From positions 9,824-73,823 of the forward strand of contig SHZA01000001.1 in NCBI GenBank assembly GCA_009692515.1: a stretch of DNA of 64,000 nt, written 5' to 3'. The stretch is from Bdellovibrionales bacterium. Its GTDB lineage: Bacteria > Bdellovibrionota > FAC87 > UBA2466. Made by a program: the position numbers and the translations under genes. Below, one piece after another: positions 29,203 to 37,990 of this stretch. The notes beneath the pieces were generated by a model. That model had not been told where the DNA came from. It made no database searches and worked only from the letters and a program-made list of their open reading frames with translations. Position 1 is the first letter of the stretch, and each line of letters begins with the position of its first letter.

Positions 29203-30280
29203 ATGTGGAATCGTTGGGCTACCCAACGTAGGAAAATCAACTTTATTTAATGCACTGGGTTCAGCAAAGGCTGAAGCTGCCAACTATCCCTTTTGTACCA
29301 TCGAACCCAATATGGGAGTTGTTGAGGTGCCCGACTCTAGGCTTCATGCGCTGGCTAAGATTATGAGTTCCCAAAAAACAATTCCGGCTACGACTGAAAT
29401 TGTCGATATCGCGGGAATTGTAAAGGGCGCTAGCAAAGGAGAGGGATTAGGAAATCAGTTTCTTGCCCACATTAGACAGGTAGATGCCATTGTTCACCTG
29501 GTTCGTTGCTTTAACAACGATGATATTATTCACGTGGATGGTAATGTGGATCCCGCAAGAGACATTGAAGTTATTAACACCGAGCTTCTCTTAGCCGATC
29601 TTCAAACCTTAGAAAAAAGAATTGATAAAGATAGAAGGCTTGCAAAATCTGGCGATAAAGAGGCTAGAAAAAACGCTGAAATTTTTGAGGGACTATTGGT
29701 CCACATGAATGCAGGAAAACCTGCTCGTTCCTTTCCTTTAGAGCCGAATGATCTTGCCCGGATTGCTCCTCTCTTCTTTTTAACAGCGAAACCTGTGATC
29801 TATGTAGCAAACTCTAGTGCGACCCCTCAAGAGCAAACCTACATTCAAACGGTGGCAGACATCGCAAAAAAAGAAAACGCCAAACACATCACCATCGACT
29901 GTAGTTTAGAAAGTGAAATCGCGACTCTGGCTCCCGAAGAAAAAGAGGAGATGCTTTTAGGAATGGGACTCGAAGAGCCAGGACTCAATCGCTTTATCCG
30001 TGCGACCTTCGATCTTTTAGGTCTTGCCACCTATTACACTTTAGGACCCAAAGAGGCCAGATCTTGGACGATTAATAAGGGACTCAAAGCCCCTCAAGCT
30101 GCCGGTGTGATTCATACCGACTTTGAACGTGGTTTTATTTGTGCCGAGTGTTACGCCAGCGATGATTTAGTAAAGCTGGGAAGTGAACAAAAAATTAAAG
30201 AGGCGGGCCTCTATCGACAAGAGGGTAAAGAATACATTGTACAAACAGGAGATGTGATTCTCTTTAGATTTAATGTGTAA
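29192..30280 (+). CDS. ychF: ribosome-binding ATPase YchF
   Basis: The G1 motif is GIVGLPNVGKSTLFNAL and the TGS domain is at the C-terminus. It is 362 aa. Confidence 0.9.
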   Translation: MSLKCGIVGLPNVGKSTLFNALGSAKAEAANYPFCTIEPNMGVVEVPDSRLHALAKIMSSQKTIPATTEIVDIAGIVKGASKGEGLGNQFLAHIRQVDAIVHLVRCFNNDDIIHVDGNVDPARDIEVINTELLLADLQTLEKRIDKDRRLAKSGDKEARKNAEIFEGLLVHMNAGKPARSFPLEPNDLARIAPLFFLTAKPVIYVANSSATPQEQTYIQTVADIAKKENAKHITIDCSLESEIATLAPEEKEEMLLGMGLEEPGLNRFIRATFDLLGLATYYTLGPKEARSWTINKGLKAPQAAGVIHTDFERGFICAECYASDDLVKLGSEQKIKEAGLYRQEGKEYIVQTGDVILFRFNV

Positions 30281-31170
30281 TGAACGAAATGCCTAAAATA
30301 AGTGGTTTTACAATCGTTAGAAATGCAACAATTCTAGCGTACCCTTTTCGAGAGTCGGTACTCTCTATACTACCCCTTTGTGAAGAGTTTATTATTAACT
30401 GTGGAAACTCTACCGATGACACCGCTCAAATTGTAGAGCAGCTAGCAAATGAATATCCAGAAAAGATTAAAATACTTTTCACCGATTGGAGTCTGGAGAA
30501 CCCATACGGAGGATTCCAATTAAAAAAACAATCGGACTTAGCTCTACAACAAACCAAAGGGGACTGGTGTTTTTATATTCAAGCCGATGAAGTGATCCAC
30601 GAAGAGGAACACTCAGCTATTTTAGCTGCCATTAAGAAGGCTTCACAAAACCCAGATATCGACGGTATTCTTTTTGATTACCTTCACTTTTACGGAAACT
30701 TTTCCTACCAAATAAAAGGCCGCAATTGGTATCGGAGAGAGGTTCGAGCCTTCAAGAATCATCGTGGTATCGAGGCCTTCAGAGATGCTCAGGGATTTAG
30801 AAAAAATGGAAAACGAATTACGGTTATTTCCAGTACTGCAAGAGTCTTTCATTACGGCTATGTAAGAACGGTTGCATCCTTAAAGACAAAGGCTGAAGAG
30901 ATGGCTCAGTGGTGGGGTAAATCCGCCTCAGCTTCATCTGAAAATATTTCACTAAAACGGCATGTGGGCCTTTCTAAATACCTTAAAACTCATCCCAAAT
31001 GGATGGCAGAAAGAATCGCTGATAATAATATATACTGTGACCCCACAAAAGGAATGCGGTGTTGGAATAAAGATGAGTTTAAAAATATCATTACCTGGCT
31101 TTGGGAGTCTGTCGTACCCTATCGCATTGGGGAATTTAAAAATTATAAATTAGTGGTCGAAAAGAAATAA
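30280..31170 (+). CDS. GT2-like glycosyltransferase (hypothetical)
   Basis: FTIVRNATIL...IINCGNSTDDTAQIV resembles the GT-A/GT2 N-terminus with a DxD-like DWCFYIQADEV. Its start overlaps the ychF stop (TAATG). Confidence 0.4.
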   Translation: MNEMPKISGFTIVRNATILAYPFRESVLSILPLCEEFIINCGNSTDDTAQIVEQLANEYPEKIKILFTDWSLENPYGGFQLKKQSDLALQQTKGDWCFYIQADEVIHEEEHSAILAAIKKASQNPDIDGILFDYLHFYGNFSYQIKGRNWYRREVRAFKNHRGIEAFRDAQGFRKNGKRITVISSTARVFHYGYVRTVASLKTKAEEMAQWWGKSASASSENISLKRHVGLSKYLKTHPKWMAERIADNNIYCDPTKGMRCWNKDEFKNIITWLWESVVPYRIGEFKNYKLVVEKK

Positions 31171-31190
31171 AAAAACCGGCCTTCAAATCG

Positions 31191-33914
31191 CTAATCTTCT
31201 AATTGGGTAACTAGAACCTGTAATTCAAATCTGCCCTTCGGAGTACTTCCACTTATTTTGTGAGTAGCATAAAGGCGATTAAAATTATTAACCGAGGCCT
31301 TCCCCATAAAAATGCTTGGGAGTGAAAGCTGAAAACTCATTCCATTTGCTTCTAATTCCTTCATGAGTTCACCGCCAATTTTATTACTGAGTTCATTGAG
31401 AGATTCAAAAAGATCTGTGGTGATTCTCTCCCCTTTACTCTCGGCAGCTTCTTGAGAATTCTGAAAAAGTGTATTCGCCAAGCCTAATTCATAACTTAAG
31501 AAAAGAACCATGTCGGGCCGATTTTCTACAGGGGCAGAACAGGAGATAATATTAGTAAGGCCACCTTCAAAACCAATTAAATCAGATTGAGACCATAGGG
31601 GATGATAGGTTATCGGAAGTTTAAGAGATTCAAACTGGGCCGCACAATATTTTTTGGCTACGTTTAAAACCATCTTAGTATTAAATGAAATATCAGAGGG
31701 TAAAAAGGGATAGGACTGCATCTCTTCAGGAGAACGCAAGTCTCCCACAAGATACATTTGAAATCCGTCTAGCTCTACTGAGTAGCAGTAGGTAGGTTTT
31801 CCTAATATTTTCAAGGGCTCTCCGTAGCCAAAATAGGTTAATGGAGAAAGGGCTCGAACCGATACCCCTTTGCCACCTACCTGCTCTGAGATCTCTCTTC
31901 CCATACTTTTTCCAAATTCACTTAGAGCTTCAACCTGATACTTAGCTGCCGTTTTGTGTTTTTTCCCGGTCACTCTAGGCATGATACAATTTTGAAAGGT
32001 GTCTTCAGGAATTAGCAGTCCTGCATACCCCACACGTTCGCCATTAAATTGAACTAGAGTACCGTAAGGCTGAGTGAGTGCTTTTTTAAAATCTAATTCC
32101 GGTCTGATCTTTAATTTCTGGTCTTTCGGCGAAAAACCCAATATTTTTTCCAAACTACTGAGATGATATTTCCCAAAAAAGAAATAGTTTTTTCCCTCAG
32201 TTTGAGTCGCAGCCCAGATAGACTGCAATAATTTTGCTTCTAAGTGTCGGACCTGAAATAACGAGTAGCTATTATTCTCTCGAAAAGACTCACACAAAGA
32301 CTTAATACAAACACCCGTTTCAACTATTAAATCTATTTGTGCTTCATCTAAAGGGGATCTCTTTTCTGCCACCAGGGTTAAAAGATCCTCATAATGATGG
32401 CATAGACTTGCAACTCGATTCCAATTTAAAAATCCTACGACCCCTTTAATACTATGCACTAGTCGATAGGCTTCGTCAGCCGCCGCAGGCTGTTTCTCCT
32501 TGGAAATCACTTGAAGACTTTGGGTTAAGCGATCTAAGTAACCTGTTAATTCATCAAGGAGGAGTAGCTTTTCTTCCTCTTCAATCACCTCTATTTCATT
32601 TTCAGTTTTAGGGCCATCGGCCACCGCTATTTTAATAGCTGAAAAATCTTCACTTAACGGGATTAACAACTCAATAGCCGTACCAAATGAGCTGCTGGAT
32701 AAAACACTCACGGTTCCCCCAATGGCCTCGACCCCTTTTTTTACAATATTTAACCCAAGGCCTCGTCCAGAATTAGAATCGGCTGAATCTCTTGTGGAAA
32801 ATCCCGGTTCAAATACTAAAGATGATAGTTCTTCCGATAATAAAATCTTTGATTGTTCTGAAGTAATTAATCCCAGGACGGTTGCCTTTGATCTAATTTT
32901 TTCAAAATCAAAACCGGCACCATCATCACTAATAATAAGTCGCAGTTCATTTTCCGAAAAGGCAGCCCGAGTTTTGATATTTCCTTTAGAGGGTTTTCCA
33001 ATCCTTTCTCGTTCTAACGGAGATTCAAGTCCATGATCTACAGCATTTTTAAACAAATGAAGCATCGGTTCATAAAGGTGATTTAAAAGAGATTTATCTA
33101 GATATAACCAGGTTCCCTGACTGAAAAAATCGATTTCTTTACCCTGCTCTTTGGCAAGTTCTCGCACCAATTTTTGCGCTGGAATAAAGAGAGATTCTAG
33201 TGGTTCTGATTTCATAGCCCGCATCATTCGTTTGACACGTTTTATCTCGGTTTTCATTTTAGCTCTAGCTTTGGGGCCGGTAAAAAGCTGTTGCTCTAAC
33301 TGTTCAATCTTTTTTAATCGTCGATAAACGGCCTCTAACTGAGAGGAGTAAACTCTGATTTTTCTGGGTTCGCGAATGGCTTGCCGACTTGAAATTTCTT
33401 CAAGAAGCTCGGGCGAAGAGGCATTTAAACTAAAAAATAATTTAAAGGATCCATAACGAGTTTCTACTGGGCAAACGTAACAGGAACCTCTATCCACTAA
33501 GACACTATAATTTTCTTGTAGACCGATTCCTTTTTTTAACTCGCTTTGAAAATCTTCAATGGTAAATTGTTTCTCTAGGGAACTTGCGAGTGATTCGAAT
33601 AGCACCAACAGCGCTGAGATTAAAGATTCTTTTTCTGAGTCTTCATTAATATTAAGTTTCTGATGAAATCCTTTTAATGCTGGAACATTGATCCCAACCG
33701 CAATGAAGCCCTCTAATTCACCCACCACTTTAGCATCCAACCAATAAGCAAATTTTTCATCTCCAGTTATAGGAGTCATTTCCCCAAATAGGACCTCAGA
33801 TTTTAATAAAGGGCAGAGAGCTTCAATCAAAACTCTAGTTAATAAGGTATAGACAGGAAATTCTTTAGCGGTTTCTAAAACCTGATAATCTAATTTTAAA
33901 ACAGAGGAGCTCAT
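31191..33914 (-). CDS. CheA-family histidine kinase with permuted architecture (N-terminal unknown domain, then HATPase_c, then HPt, then a CheC-like C-terminal region)
   Basis: The HATPase_c N-box, G1 and G2 are HLFKNAVDHG, IISDDGAGFD and GRGLGLNIVKK. The HPt motif LVHSIKGVVGFL lies downstream of the ATPase domain. The C-terminus has a CheC/CheX-like ELSNKIGGELMKEL. Confidence 0.7.
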   Translation of the reverse strand: MSSSVLKLDYQVLETAKEFPVYTLLTRVLIEALCPLLKSEVLFGEMTPITGDEKFAYWLDAKVVGELEGFIAVGINVPALKGFHQKLNINEDSEKESLISALLVLFESLASSLEKQFTIEDFQSELKKGIGLQENYSVLVDRGSCYVCPVETRYGSFKLFFSLNASSPELLEEISSRQAIREPRKIRVYSSQLEAVYRRLKKIEQLEQQLFTGPKARAKMKTEIKRVKRMMRAMKSEPLESLFIPAQKLVRELAKEQGKEIDFFSQGTWLYLDKSLLNHLYEPMLHLFKNAVDHGLESPLERERIGKPSKGNIKTRAAFSENELRLIISDDGAGFDFEKIRSKATVLGLITSEQSKILLSEELSSLVFEPGFSTRDSADSNSGRGLGLNIVKKGVEAIGGTVSVLSSSSFGTAIELLIPLSEDFSAIKIAVADGPKTENEIEVIEEEEKLLLLDELTGYLDRLTQSLQVISKEKQPAAADEAYRLVHSIKGVVGFLNWNRVASLCHHYEDLLTLVAEKRSPLDEAQIDLIVETGVCIKSLCESFRENNSYSLFQVRHLEAKLLQSIWAATQTEGKNYFFFGKYHLSSLEKILGFSPKDQKLKIRPELDFKKALTQPYGTLVQFNGERVGYAGLLIPEDTFQNCIMPRVTGKKHKTAAKYQVEALSEFGKSMGREISEQVGGKGVSVRALSPLTYFGYGEPLKILGKPTYCYSVELDGFQMYLVGDLRSPEEMQSYPFLPSDISFNTKMVLNVAKKYCAAQFESLKLPITYHPLWSQSDLIGFEGGLTNIISCSAPVENRPDMVLFLSYELGLANTLFQNSQEAAESKGERITTDLFESLNELSNKIGGELMKELEANGMSFQLSLPSIFMGKASVNNFNRLYATHKISGSTPKGRFELQVLVTQLED

Positions 33915-33916
33915 GA

Positions 33917-34297
33917 TTAAGCGGCCTCTCCTGTTTCCAGAGAAATATTCAGTTTTTTAATTGTATTTTGTAATTCTGATTTCAATACAGGTTTTTTCAG
34001 AAAAGCATTGGCCCCCGCTTCAAGCGCGGCTGTTTTATTGGCTACCGTGGGAGATCCGGTTATCATTACAATATTGACCCATCTATTTTCATACCTAATG
34101 GCTCTTAGAGCGGACAGTCCATCTAGTTCGGGCATGATAAGATCTAACGTCACTAGGTCGGGTTGCTGTAGAGCGACTAATTTAACAGCTTCATGGCCAT
34201 TCTGAGCCTGACCTATGACTTGGTGTCCTAACTTGGTTAAAAATTCAGCTAACTTCCTTCGAATACTTGAAGAATCATCCGCAATTATTACCTTCAT
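33917..34297 (-). CDS. stand-alone response-regulator receiver (CheY-like)
   Basis: The acidic pocket is IIADDS, the phospho-Asp is in LVTLDLIMPELDG, and T and K are at the expected spacing. It is 126 aa, with a 2-bp gap to the kinase gene. Confidence 0.85.
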   Translation of the reverse strand: MKVIIADDSSSIRRKLAEFLTKLGHQVIGQAQNGHEAVKLVALQQPDLVTLDLIMPELDGLSALRAIRYENRWVNIVMITGSPTVANKTAALEAGANAFLKKPVLKSELQNTIKKLNISLETGEAA

Positions 34298-34827
34298 ATT
34301 ACACCTTTATTCATTACCTTTTGTTATCGGAATAGATAGCTTCACCCTCAAGGAGTTTTCAGTCTTTTTTGATAAAAAATAAGAGCAGTTGTATGCCCTG
34401 AGCAACACAAAGAGGACGTATTGATGTGGCCTCTTGTGAGTCTTTTTTTATAATAAATAAGGGGGCGGGGAAATGAGAGGGCGGGCGGTGCGTTCCCGCC
34501 TCTCGGTGGGTTATAAAGGGGGATATTAGCAGAAATGAGGTTTGCCTTTTTTGCACCTAAGAATTGAATTCAAAATTATTTTTTAAGTTTTGCATAAAAT
34601 TTTATGGAAACCATTTCCTCCTCAGCTTTATTAACTGAGCAAATTCGGTGCCATCTTTTTATAAAAAAATAGAGAGGGAAGGATCGGAAACTAAGTGACT
34701 TTTTGACACCGCTTTGCAGTCATGGCACTTTAAGCTTGGTGAATTTTACAATTTTGATTTTGTGTAAAAGGTGACTTTATTTGGAAGCTAAAAATAAATT
34801 ACCACTACTTGTAAGAAAGAATAACTC

Positions 34828-35880
34828 ATGTCTCAGTTTGATCCCAACGCAGCATCCAGTAAAAACTCCGGAATTTTTGGTTTAAATACCTCCTTTGAAG
34901 AATCTCGTCTTATTTTTTTACCGGTTCCGTGGGAGGCGACAACCTCTTATGGAGGAGGGACTTCAAAAGGGCCCAGAGCCATTTTAGAGGCTAGTCGACA
35001 GGTCGATCTTTTTGACGGTGAACTTCAAAATCCTTATGAAGCGGGACTTTATATGCTTCCTGAAGCTCAATGCATTAAGACTTGGAATAAAAAAGCAAAA
35101 AAAGAGGCTCAAAAGATTATTACTAAAGGGGGAATGATCGGAAAAAATAAAAGTTTAAAAGAATCTCTTAAAGAGGTGAATCAACTTGGAGAGAGGCTTA
35201 ATAAATTTGTATTTACCGAAACCCAAAATCTTTTAAGTAAAAATAAATATGTGGGAATCATTGGCGGCGACCATTCCGTTCCCTTTGGAGCCCTAAAAGC
35301 TATGGGTGAAAAACATGCCTCCTTTGGAATTTTACACTTTGACGCGCACTCCGATACTCGATTGGCGTTTGAAGGGTTTACCTGGTCACACGCCTCAATT
35401 ATGCACAATGTGTTAGAGCATATTCCGCAGGTAAAAAAAATAGTTCAGGTTGGAATCAGAGATTTTTGTGAACAGGAGTTTAACTACTGCAATGAGCTAA
35501 AGGGTAGAGTAGCTATTTTTTTTGACCAGGATCTTGCCAAAAGAAAATTTGAAGGAATCTCGTGGAAAGAAACGGTTTCTAAAATATTAGCTCCCCTTCC
35601 CCAAGAGGTTTGGGTTTCTTTTGATATTGATGGTTTAGATCCTAGATTTTGTCCCCATACAGGAACTCCAGTTCCAGGAGGACTAGACTTTAATGAGGCC
35701 GTTTTTGTGTTATCCTCTTTAGTTCGTTCGGGAAGAAAGATAATTGGCTTTGATCTCAATGAGGTCGCTCCAGCTCCTAGTGGAGATGATTCTTGGGATG
35801 CTAACGTAGGAGCTAGACTTTTATACAAGCTTTCTAGCTGGATGTTAGCTAGTCAGAATATTTTAAAGATTAAAGGGTAA
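34828..35880 (+). CDS. arginase-family metallohydrolase (agmatinase/formiminoglutamase-like)
   Basis: The Mn-binding motifs are GGDHSVPFG, HFDAHSDT and SFDIDGLDPRFCPHTGTPVPGGL. Confidence 0.8.
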   Translation: MSQFDPNAASSKNSGIFGLNTSFEESRLIFLPVPWEATTSYGGGTSKGPRAILEASRQVDLFDGELQNPYEAGLYMLPEAQCIKTWNKKAKKEAQKIITKGGMIGKNKSLKESLKEVNQLGERLNKFVFTETQNLLSKNKYVGIIGGDHSVPFGALKAMGEKHASFGILHFDAHSDTRLAFEGFTWSHASIMHNVLEHIPQVKKIVQVGIRDFCEQEFNYCNELKGRVAIFFDQDLAKRKFEGISWKETVSKILAPLPQEVWVSFDIDGLDPRFCPHTGTPVPGGLDFNEAVFVLSSLVRSGRKIIGFDLNEVAPAPSGDDSWDANVGARLLYKLSSWMLASQNILKIKG

Positions 35881-35887
35881 AAAAATT

Positions 35888-36508
35888 ATGAGCAAATATC
35901 TTAGCCTTGATACTGAAGCCACAGGACTTGAGGAGCACTGTTTATTAATTCAGGTGGCCGTAGTCCCTGTTGATGGAGCTAAAAATCTCATTTTGAGTGA
36001 ATTGGGAAAAGAGGTTCTCATTCAATGTCCGAGTTTTGAAATATTAAAACCTACTTTAAGCGAGTGGGTCATTACTCATAATGAAACACTCATCAGAAAG
36101 GCTCATTCCGAAGGAATCTCTCCTCAGGCTTTTGCGCATTGGCTAAGCGAATATTTAAACTCTGAAAAAGTTAAAGCCTTCTTTGGCAATGAACGGCCTC
36201 TGTTATTAGGAAAATCGTTAAGTGCTTTAGATATCCCTCTACTTACCAAAAACCTAGGTAAGGCTTTTATGGATAAGCACTTTCATCATCACACCCTAGA
36301 TATTACCTGCGTAGGAAGATTCTTAGTCGATGCGGGCATTCTACCTCCAGAACACAGCTCAACTAGTCAACTTTTAAAGTTTTTTAATCTTCGAACAGAA
36401 TCGAACCATACCGCCCTAAGCGATGCTCTAGATATGGGTCAAATCTATTTAAATTTAGTGAAATTAATGGCTGAGAAGGGAATAAAACCTTTTACAAAAG
36501 AGGTCTAA
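35888..36508 (+). CDS. DEDDh-family 3'-5' exonuclease
   Basis: Exo I is LSLDTEATGL. HTALSDALD is a C-terminal H...D Exo III-like motif. Confidence 0.7.
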   Translation: MSKYLSLDTEATGLEEHCLLIQVAVVPVDGAKNLILSELGKEVLIQCPSFEILKPTLSEWVITHNETLIRKAHSEGISPQAFAHWLSEYLNSEKVKAFFGNERPLLLGKSLSALDIPLLTKNLGKAFMDKHFHHHTLDITCVGRFLVDAGILPPEHSSTSQLLKFFNLRTESNHTALSDALDMGQIYLNLVKLMAEKGIKPFTKEV

Positions 36509-36590
36509 TCTTTCTTAATTCATCAAACGATTGAATTTTTAACTCTAAGCCTTTAAGGTCAGAAACAATATTTCGGGAGAGCTTAACGCC

Positions 36591-37772
36591 ATGTCGCTAT
36601 TAAAAAATTTAAATTTTTCAAAGATGAGTGAAGCATCTGTTAAATACGGAATCTCAAATGGAGATGAGCCGGGTCACTTTGGGATTTGGGCGCTTTGGGG
36701 AAAATCGAATCCTACAGAGGTTTTTAGAGTTATTGTTAGCGCTCATAGCTCTAAAAGTTCCCTAGTGGTGCCCATTGCTAGTTACACATTAGCTCCCACT
36801 CCTACTGAATCTTTTCTCCAATCGATTGAAACTTCTCAGGAATTGAAACAATTTTTAGTCGGTTCCGATCGTGCTAGCTCAGGCCAAGTCACCTTTCAAT
36901 TCTTATTAGCTAATGATGTGACTAAAACTATCACCTATTCTTTAGAACAGGCGATTAAATTTTTACGTGGCAAAGGATCCAAAGCACCCAAGTCGGCTTC
37001 TGTCATTTCCGGTTACTTAGTTAGAGACAGACAAGAGATCGCCGAGATTCCCCATAGTCAACTCAAAGCCTATACCGAAACTGTTAAAGCACAAATAGCA
37101 GACAAATTAAAAAAAGCAGAAGAGGAAAAACTACGAGTTGAAGAGGAAAAGAGGGCGGCTCTCGCCAAAGTGCAAGCTGAAGCTGCCGCAAAGGCTGCAA
37201 AACCTGTGGCCACAAAAGCTGAGGGAACAGGAGCGATAGATCGATCCAAACCTACACTTCTTGCCAGTAAATTGGCTATCGTCTTTGGTTCCTCAACTGG
37301 AAACACCGCCAATGTAGCTGAGTTATTAAAAAAGGAGTTAGGCGCTAGTGTAGAGCACCTTAAAAACATTACCGATCTGCACCCTGTCGATTTTACTGTT
37401 GTAGAAAATATTATTTTAGGAGTTCCTACTTGGCACATTGGAGAAATTCAAGAGGACTGGGCGGCTGTGCTTACTGAATTAAGAGCCTTAAATTTCACAG
37501 GTAAAAAAGTAGCAGTATTTGGTTTAGGAGATGCTAAGGGTTACCCTGATACTTACGTAGACGCGATGGCTGAGTTATTAGAGCCCTTTGAAAAAAATGG
37601 AGCTAAGCTGTGTGGATTGTGGCCTACGGATGGTTATGATTTTAAAAAATCAAAAGCACTTCGTGATGGAAAATTTTTAGGCCTCGTGATCGATATTGAA
37701 AACCAAGATAATCTCACAGACAAAAGAGTGAAGGCCTGGGCACTGCAACTTCAAAAAGAGATGGGAATTTAA
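36591..37772 (+). CDS. unknown N-terminal domain fused through a K/E/A-rich helical linker to a long-chain flavodoxin
   Basis: The flavodoxin FMN-binding signature is LAIVFGSSTGNTANVAELL. The long-chain insertion and C-terminal FMN loop (GLGDAKGYPDTY) follow. The N-terminal 200 aa resemble no family I can name. Confidence 0.65.
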   Translation: MSLLKNLNFSKMSEASVKYGISNGDEPGHFGIWALWGKSNPTEVFRVIVSAHSSKSSLVVPIASYTLAPTPTESFLQSIETSQELKQFLVGSDRASSGQVTFQFLLANDVTKTITYSLEQAIKFLRGKGSKAPKSASVISGYLVRDRQEIAEIPHSQLKAYTETVKAQIADKLKKAEEEKLRVEEEKRAALAKVQAEAAAKAAKPVATKAEGTGAIDRSKPTLLASKLAIVFGSSTGNTANVAELLKKELGASVEHLKNITDLHPVDFTVVENIILGVPTWHIGEIQEDWAAVLTELRALNFTGKKVAVFGLGDAKGYPDTYVDAMAELLEPFEKNGAKLCGLWPTDGYDFKKSKALRDGKFLGLVIDIENQDNLTDKRVKAWALQLQKEMGI

Positions 37773-37990
37773 AACCCTCTCTTTTCGAAGCTAGATCATT
37801 TTCTATAGCGCACCATTAATGCGCTTAGCGTTAATAGTAAATCTAACTAAAACGTGACAAAAGCTTAACTCTGCGACCAGAATAATAACTAACTGCTGCT
37901 ATTAATAGGTTAATGCACAGTTTGTAACCGTTGGTATTTTAGTTCAAGTTCAAATTCAATAAGCAGGTACTTTAAACATTGGGGGAATGA

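Noticed and set aside
34359-34556. 65-aa minus-strand ORF in the long divergent intergenic region
   Set aside because: It has no RBS and spans the GC-rich hairpin. It is likely a chance ORF in regulatory DNA.
34715-34750. Sigma-54 (-24/-12) promoter candidate TGGCACtttaaGCTTg upstream of the arginase-family gene
   Set aside because: The GG-to-GC spacing is 8 nt rather than the canonical 10, and no enhancer-binding protein gene is nearby. I kept it only as a weak note.
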